Source of the DNA: Nitrospirota bacterium
GTDB taxonomy: Bacteria > Nitrospirota > UBA9217
Direction: 5' to 3'
Length of the DNA stretch: 64,000 nucleotides
Assembly (NCBI GenBank): GCA_963845065.1
Contig: CAWJQQ010000005.1
Location: 192,001 to 256,000, forward strand
Both the position numbers and the translations under genes were made by a program. The notes below the pieces were generated by a model. It was not told the origin of the DNA. It did no database searches and saw nothing but the letters and a program-made list of their open reading frames with translations. Shown in pieces: positions 59,470 through 64,000 of this stretch (its first letter is position 1; each line of letters starts with the position of its first letter).

Positions 59470-61313
59470 AAACGCTCCAGTGCGCTTGCTACGCGTTGCC
59501 GTACAGCTTCATCGCAGTGGTCCCGGAGCACATTCAGTGTGGCCGAGTCTGCGCTGCCCAGCTGGACTAAAGCATCAATTGCCGAGAGAACCACGGGGAT
59601 TTCCTTGTCGGAGAGCAGAGGAATAACGGCCGTTGCCGCAGCCGGGTCCTGCGAGTCCCCCAGTGCCTTGACTGCATAGAGCCTCACCCACATATCGCCG
59701 TCCTCAAGCGACTGCTTGATGTCGTCGACCGAACATTGCAATGCACCCAGTGCCATAACGGCGGCCTTCCTCATTTCCGGGCCCCCTTTGGCAAGCGCCT
59801 CGGACAAACGCTTGTGCGCACGCTCATCCTGGACCCGCCCGAGACCAGTAAGCGCAGCGAGACAGATGCCGATCTCGGGGTCGCGGGACAGGGCAAGTAG
59901 GACATCAACATTCCCGGTATATCGTCCAATTATCTCTTTTACCATAGGTGAAAGGACGTTCAAGAAGGAGATAAGCCTTTCCGAATCGAGCGTCAGAAGA
60001 GCTTTGACCGTTTCTTCAAGTACATCCCGATAATTTTCGAGATTGAGGTGGCGGAAGAGACGGTCAAAAGACGATTGGTCGCCAATCCTGCCGAGAGCGG
60101 AAAGGGCCACATTGCGGACGTGACCATCGCGATCATCGATGCATTTCCTGAGTGCCTGAAGCGCTTCTTCGCCAGGCATTTCCGCGAGAGCGAGAATGGC
60201 GGATCGACGTACCTCGCGCAGGTCCCCATCCATAATGCGAATCAAAGAACGAACCGCTTCAGGGCACCGAAGTTCGGTGATGACTTCGATGGCAATTGTC
60301 TTTGCACGGAACCGCACCGCCGGATCGGCAAGGGATGCGATTAATGGGGGAGCACAACCAAAGCGGATAAGCGTTAGCTTCACTGCGGAGAGCCGATCTT
60401 CGCTTTCGGGGGCCGAGGGGTCAAGAGCGCCGGCACTGTCCAGAATGGCCGGTATGGCTTGCTCGTATTGCAGATCGGCAAGTCCTTTGAGTGCGAGGAG
60501 ACGATCGTCCCAGTCTCCCTTAATGAACAGTTCTATCAGCAGATCGGCAACCTCGGCCATGGCCGGAGTCATGCCAATTTGGACTAGGCTCTTGACGATA
60601 GCGGTTTTTTCAAAATCGTTTGCTTTCGGCAGGAGGCTGATCAGTGAATCAATCGCTCGGTTAGTGCCCATCTTGCCGAGCGTTTCGATCGCCGCGTATC
60701 TCGCCGTTTCTGAAGAACCTTGCAGGAGGGCCATTACCGGCTCTATGCATGCGTCGTCGTTGATATTGGCGAGGGATTCGAGGGCGGAAAAACAAACCCA
60801 CTCACTATCCTTGAGGGCGCCGATCAAGGCCTGAAGTCCGTCGCGGTATCCGAGTACTCCAAGTGCTTTGGCAGCGGAAGCTCTCACATTCTGGTTCGGG
60901 TCCGTCTCGAGCAAGCGTGTGATCTCTTCCGGATATTCGCAGGAGCCGATGTTCGTTATAAGGTCCACCGCGAAGGTCCTGATGTCGTCATCCTTATCAG
61001 CAAGCAGAGAACGTAGGAGCTGGACCGCGGGTTTGCCGATCTGGCTCAGAACAATGCGCGCAGTATTCCGGAGAAAAGGGCTTTCCCGCAGGAGCGGCAG
61101 TGTCATGTATGCTGTCACTTCGCCGCCAATGGCAATGAGGGAGCGCATAGCGGCGTCTTGCACGCCGGGGTTTTCGTCGCGGAGAGATCGGATGAGGGGG
61201 TAGATAGCCCGCTCATCTGCCGTAGCCAGTGTTTCTGCGGCTATACGCCGCTCTGATGGATCGGATGCCGCAAGGTCCCGGATTACTGTAGAAAGTTCTT
61301 CAGTTGCTTTCAT
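59463..61313 (-). CDS. HEAT-repeat protein of the chemotaxis operon
   Basis: Multiple VR..AA.ALG repeats; directly upstream of cheR. Confidence 0.9.
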   Translation of the reverse strand: MKATEELSTVIRDLAASDPSERRIAAETLATADERAIYPLIRSLRDENPGVQDAAMRSLIAIGGEVTAYMTLPLLRESPFLRNTARIVLSQIGKPAVQLLRSLLADKDDDIRTFAVDLITNIGSCEYPEEITRLLETDPNQNVRASAAKALGVLGYRDGLQALIGALKDSEWVCFSALESLANINDDACIEPVMALLQGSSETARYAAIETLGKMGTNRAIDSLISLLPKANDFEKTAIVKSLVQIGMTPAMAEVADLLIELFIKGDWDDRLLALKGLADLQYEQAIPAILDSAGALDPSAPESEDRLSAVKLTLIRFGCAPPLIASLADPAVRFRAKTIAIEVITELRCPEAVRSLIRIMDGDLREVRRSAILALAEMPGEEALQALRKCIDDRDGHVRNVALSALGRIGDQSSFDRLFRHLNLENYRDVLEETVKALLTLDSERLISFLNVLSPMVKEIIGRYTGNVDVLLALSRDPEIGICLAALTGLGRVQDERAHKRLSEALAKGGPEMRKAAVMALGALQCSVDDIKQSLEDGDMWVRLYAVKALGDSQDPAAATAVIPLLSDKEIPVVLSAIDALVQLGSADSATLNVLRDHCDEAVRQRVASALERLC

Positions 61314-61334
61314 TCATAGACCTCAGTATCGCTC

Positions 61335-61362
61335 TTATCGTCACAAAACGAATATTTCTTTA
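61335..61362 (-). promoter_or_regulatory. Probable sigma28 promoter of the che operon
   Basis: TAAA-N16-GACGATAA. Confidence 0.65.
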
Positions 61363-61412
61363 GTCCGCGCAGGCCTGAAAAGAATCAGCAAGAGCGTGAG
61401 GAAATAACGGGA

Positions 61413-62150
61413 CTATCGGTGGACCGGGAGGCTGATTTGGGCCTTCAACCTAATGAGTGCCTGATTGTGAAGCTGGCAGACCCGTCCCTCGGTTAAATGC
61501 AAGACTTTGCCGATTTCTTTCATGGTCATTTCTTCCCAGTAGTACAATGACAAAATGAGCTTCTCTTTTTCGGGCAAGCGTTCAATCAGCTCGGCAAGGG
61601 CCTCTTTCGAGCTACTCTCTTCGAGGAGTTCGAGCGGGCTCTTTGCGGCCGGGTCGGGGATACATTCCGTGACGTCCATATCGCTCTCTTCATACATCTT
61701 GTCCCGGAAATCCTCGAAGCTGAATACAACGGCATTGCTGGCGTTCTGGACCGTCCGGTAATACTCGTCAAGGGTGATTTCAAGCCGTTCTGCGATTTCT
61801 TCCTCATGGGGCATGCGACCGAGGTTCAGCTCAAGTTCGCGGTGCGCCTTTCTGATCTGTCCGATCTTGGTCTTGAGAGACCGTGGCATCCAATCGTGGG
61901 ACCTCAATTCGTCGAGCATAGCGCCCTTGATCCGGTATTCTACAAAAGTGTTGAGCTTTACACGGCCTTCGGTATAGCGTTGGAGCGCGTCCAAAAGACC
62001 GACAATCCCAACGCTGATTAGGTCGTTCACCGCCAGCTGGGGCGGGAGTCGATGGGCCAGTCGATAGGCCGTATACTTGATAAAGGGGAGGGAATCGTTA
62101 ATGATCTTCTCCTTCTCCATTTCGCTCATATCTACTTTGTAATCTGTCAT
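61413..62150 (-). CDS. fliA: RNA polymerase sigma28 FliA
   Basis: DLISVGIVGLLDA, RIKGAMLDELRSHDWMPRS, LYYWEEMTMKEIG..TEGRVCQLH. Confidence 0.96.
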   Translation of the reverse strand: MTDYKVDMSEMEKEKIINDSLPFIKYTAYRLAHRLPPQLAVNDLISVGIVGLLDALQRYTEGRVKLNTFVEYRIKGAMLDELRSHDWMPRSLKTKIGQIRKAHRELELNLGRMPHEEEIAERLEITLDEYYRTVQNASNAVVFSFEDFRDKMYEESDMDVTECIPDPAAKSPLELLEESSSKEALAELIERLPEKEKLILSLYYWEEMTMKEIGKVLHLTEGRVCQLHNQALIRLKAQISLPVHR

Positions 62151-62189
62151 TTTTGTACCCCCTCAATCTAAATTGCTTCGAATCGTTCC

Positions 62190-63050
62190 CTATCTCATCT
62201 GCTCCCGGGCAGGGTCGGCCGAGGCCGCAAGCAAATTACCAATGAAAAACTGCAGCGACCCCTTGACCTTTTGCGGTCGGTTGTTCAGATTTACCGCTAT
62301 CTCATTAATGCACTTTGAAATGAACTTCTTGGGGAAAAGGTCTATAAATGCAGTCTGTGAGCGGACTGCCTTCCTGACGTCCTCGTCATAAGGTAGGTAG
62401 CCCAGGTAGTCGAGAGAAATATTCAAAAAGCGGTCCGTAGCTTGCGTGAGTCTCTGAAACACATCGTTTGCTTCCTCTTCATTTTTCACGGCGTTCACGA
62501 GCACGTGAAACTTGTTCTCTTGATACTCCGTGTAGAGGACCTTGATCAGGTGATAGGCGTCAACCCACGCGGTCGGTTCCGGTGTGGTTACAATGATAAG
62601 ATCCTGCGCAGCAGAGCAGAAGAAGGTAACATTCTCCGAGATGCCCGCTGAATTGTCGATGAGCATGATGTCAACATCGCCATCGTAGGAATCGAAGGCG
62701 TCTAGGATTTTAAGCCGCTGGAACTCGTCAAGACGAGTAAGATCCTGGACACCTTCTCCGGCGGGCAGGATCTTTATGCCCTGAGGGCCGTCAATAAGGA
62801 TGTCCTTGAGCGTGATTGACCCGTCGAGCAGGTGGCTGATATTGTAATTTGCATGCTTGTTCAACAGAATATTGATGTTGGAAAGTCCGAGGTCAGCGTC
62901 CACGATAACGACTTTTTTCCCAAGCTTGCTCAATGCAATGGCGAGACTGGCCGCGATGTTGGTTTTACCCACGCCGCCCTTGCCGCTTGCGATCGCAATG
63001 GTCTTTACAGATTTTTTGTTTCCCATTGGTTCCGTTAGCATGAATAGCAC
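62190..63050 (-). CDS. flhG: MinD-like flagellar number regulator FlhG/FleN
   Basis: SGKGGVGKTN, DADLGLSN, TTPEPT. Confidence 0.92.
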   Translation of the reverse strand: MLFMLTEPMGNKKSVKTIAIASGKGGVGKTNIAASLAIALSKLGKKVVIVDADLGLSNINILLNKHANYNISHLLDGSITLKDILIDGPQGIKILPAGEGVQDLTRLDEFQRLKILDAFDSYDGDVDIMLIDNSAGISENVTFFCSAAQDLIIVTTPEPTAWVDAYHLIKVLYTEYQENKFHVLVNAVKNEEEANDVFQRLTQATDRFLNISLDYLGYLPYDEDVRKAVRSQTAFIDLFPKKFISKCINEIAVNLNNRPQKVKGSLQFFIGNLLAASADPAREQMR

Positions 63051-64000
63051 TCCTTTTTCACGATGAGGCCTGCGAGCCTATTGACCGTCGCGGTTTCGAT
63101 ATCACCGGGGACACGCTGGCCCGTCGTTAGATAGGCAACCGGCTTTTGATAGGTAACGAGAATGTTGTACAGGGACCCGAAGCGTACGGCCTCGTCTACT
63201 TTTGTAAATGTGAGGTAGTCTATCGGCAGCTTCCGGTACGAGTGGTACGCCTCGATCATTGATTCATCGTCGACGTTCGCGCCCATCAGGAGGTGGAGCT
63301 CCAAGGGTACTTCGGTTTTGCAAAGACCTGCCATGCTCTCGATGTAGGCCTCGTCTCGGGGATTTCTCCCCGTCGTATCGATGAACACGATATCTCTGTT
63401 TTCGGCGTACTTGGCGAGATTGCTCCTGAATTCCTCACCGGTATGAGCGGTTATCAGGGGGATGCCTAGGATCCGCGAATAGATCCGCACCTGTTCTACG
63501 GCACCTATCCGAAATGTATCGAGATTGATTATGGCGGCTTTTTTCCCTGCCTTGACAGCTTGTGCTGCGAGTTTGGCCAGTGTTGTGGTTTTGCCCACAC
63601 CCGTGGGGCCCATCAGCATGACAGCCTTGCGAGAGCCGGATTGACGTTTAATCTTAATATCAGCTGAGATCATGAGCGGGATCTCGTCAATATTGGTCGT
63701 TCGGTCGCAGAGGCGAAGGGCGAATTCCTCGCGGATCGACCGTTCTCTGAAAAACGTCATCATTGCACGTTTTTTTGACGGCAGGGACACTTCGTAACCG
63801 TTGTTCTTCATGGATTCGATCATAAGTCGGAGACTGGTGATCTCGCTCTTGAGGTCGTTGGCTGCATAATCAAACGCCGGCGTAGTGCCGTAAGAAGAGA
63901 CCCGTTCCGAACATGGCCGAACAGCTGGCTCTGAGTGTAGCGTTGACTGCTCAGAGTTTTGCTTCTGCGGTTCACCGTGAACGAGAAACTGCGAACTTTG
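63035..64000 (-). CDS. flhF: SRP-type GTPase FlhF (5' end outside window)
   Basis: GPTGVGKTTTLAKLA, DTFRIGAVEQ, DTTG, TKVDE, GQRVPGD; frame stays open to the window edge. Confidence 0.93.
   Translation of the reverse strand, partial: QSSQFLVHGEPQKQNSEQSTLHSEPAVRPCSERVSSYGTTPAFDYAANDLKSEITSLRLMIESMKNNGYEVSLPSKKRAMMTFFRERSIREEFALRLCDRTTNIDEIPLMISADIKIKRQSGSRKAVMLMGPTGVGKTTTLAKLAAQAVKAGKKAAIINLDTFRIGAVEQVRIYSRILGIPLITAHTGEEFRSNLAKYAENRDIVFIDTTGRNPRDEAYIESMAGLCKTEVPLELHLLMGANVDDESMIEAYHSYRKLPIDYLTFTKVDEAVRFGSLYNILVTYQKPVAYLTTGQRVPGDIETATVNRLAGLIVKKECYSC

Overview
Bacterial chromosomal window; gene style suggests Nitrospirota or a deltaproteobacterium-like organism (inference). It has three parts. 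(1) 1-17.8 kb is housekeeping: mnmG (partial), mnmE, pgi, a class V PLP enzyme, GIY-YIG, SprT-like, mfd, three SurA/PpiC foldases, an RlmI-like methylase and tRNA-Val(CAC). It also holds a small non-autonomous IS200/IS605-type relic between mnmG and mnmE and a CapA-like pseudogene. (2) 17.8-28.3 kb is a ~10.4 kb element integrated in tRNA-Val and bounded by 53-bp direct repeats. It carries a tyrosine integrase, XRE repressor, excisionase-like HTH, TerS-like HTH and phage-type replication initiator, but no capsid, tail or conjugation genes, so it is phage-satellite-like. Its AT-rich cargo is a triply broken amino-methyltransferase, an apparently intact XcyI-like restriction endonuclease, and a tightly coupled SIR2-like NADase + stand-alone DUF262 pair, the best candidate here for an undescribed anti-phage system. 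A decayed group IIC intron follows the displaced tRNA terminator. (3) 29.5-64 kb is a flagellar and chemotaxis cluster: flgFGAHIJMNKL, fliK-flgDE, three MCPs, cheW/B/A/Y/R, HEAT protein, fliA, flhG and flhF, with readable sigma54 and sigma28 promoters. Oddities there are a CheW-CheZ fusion, two hemerythrins plus a decayed MCP-hemerythrin fusion, a 3x141-bp repeat protein, and Lys/Arg-depleted surface flagellar proteins. All calls come from motif recognition by eye; no searches were run.
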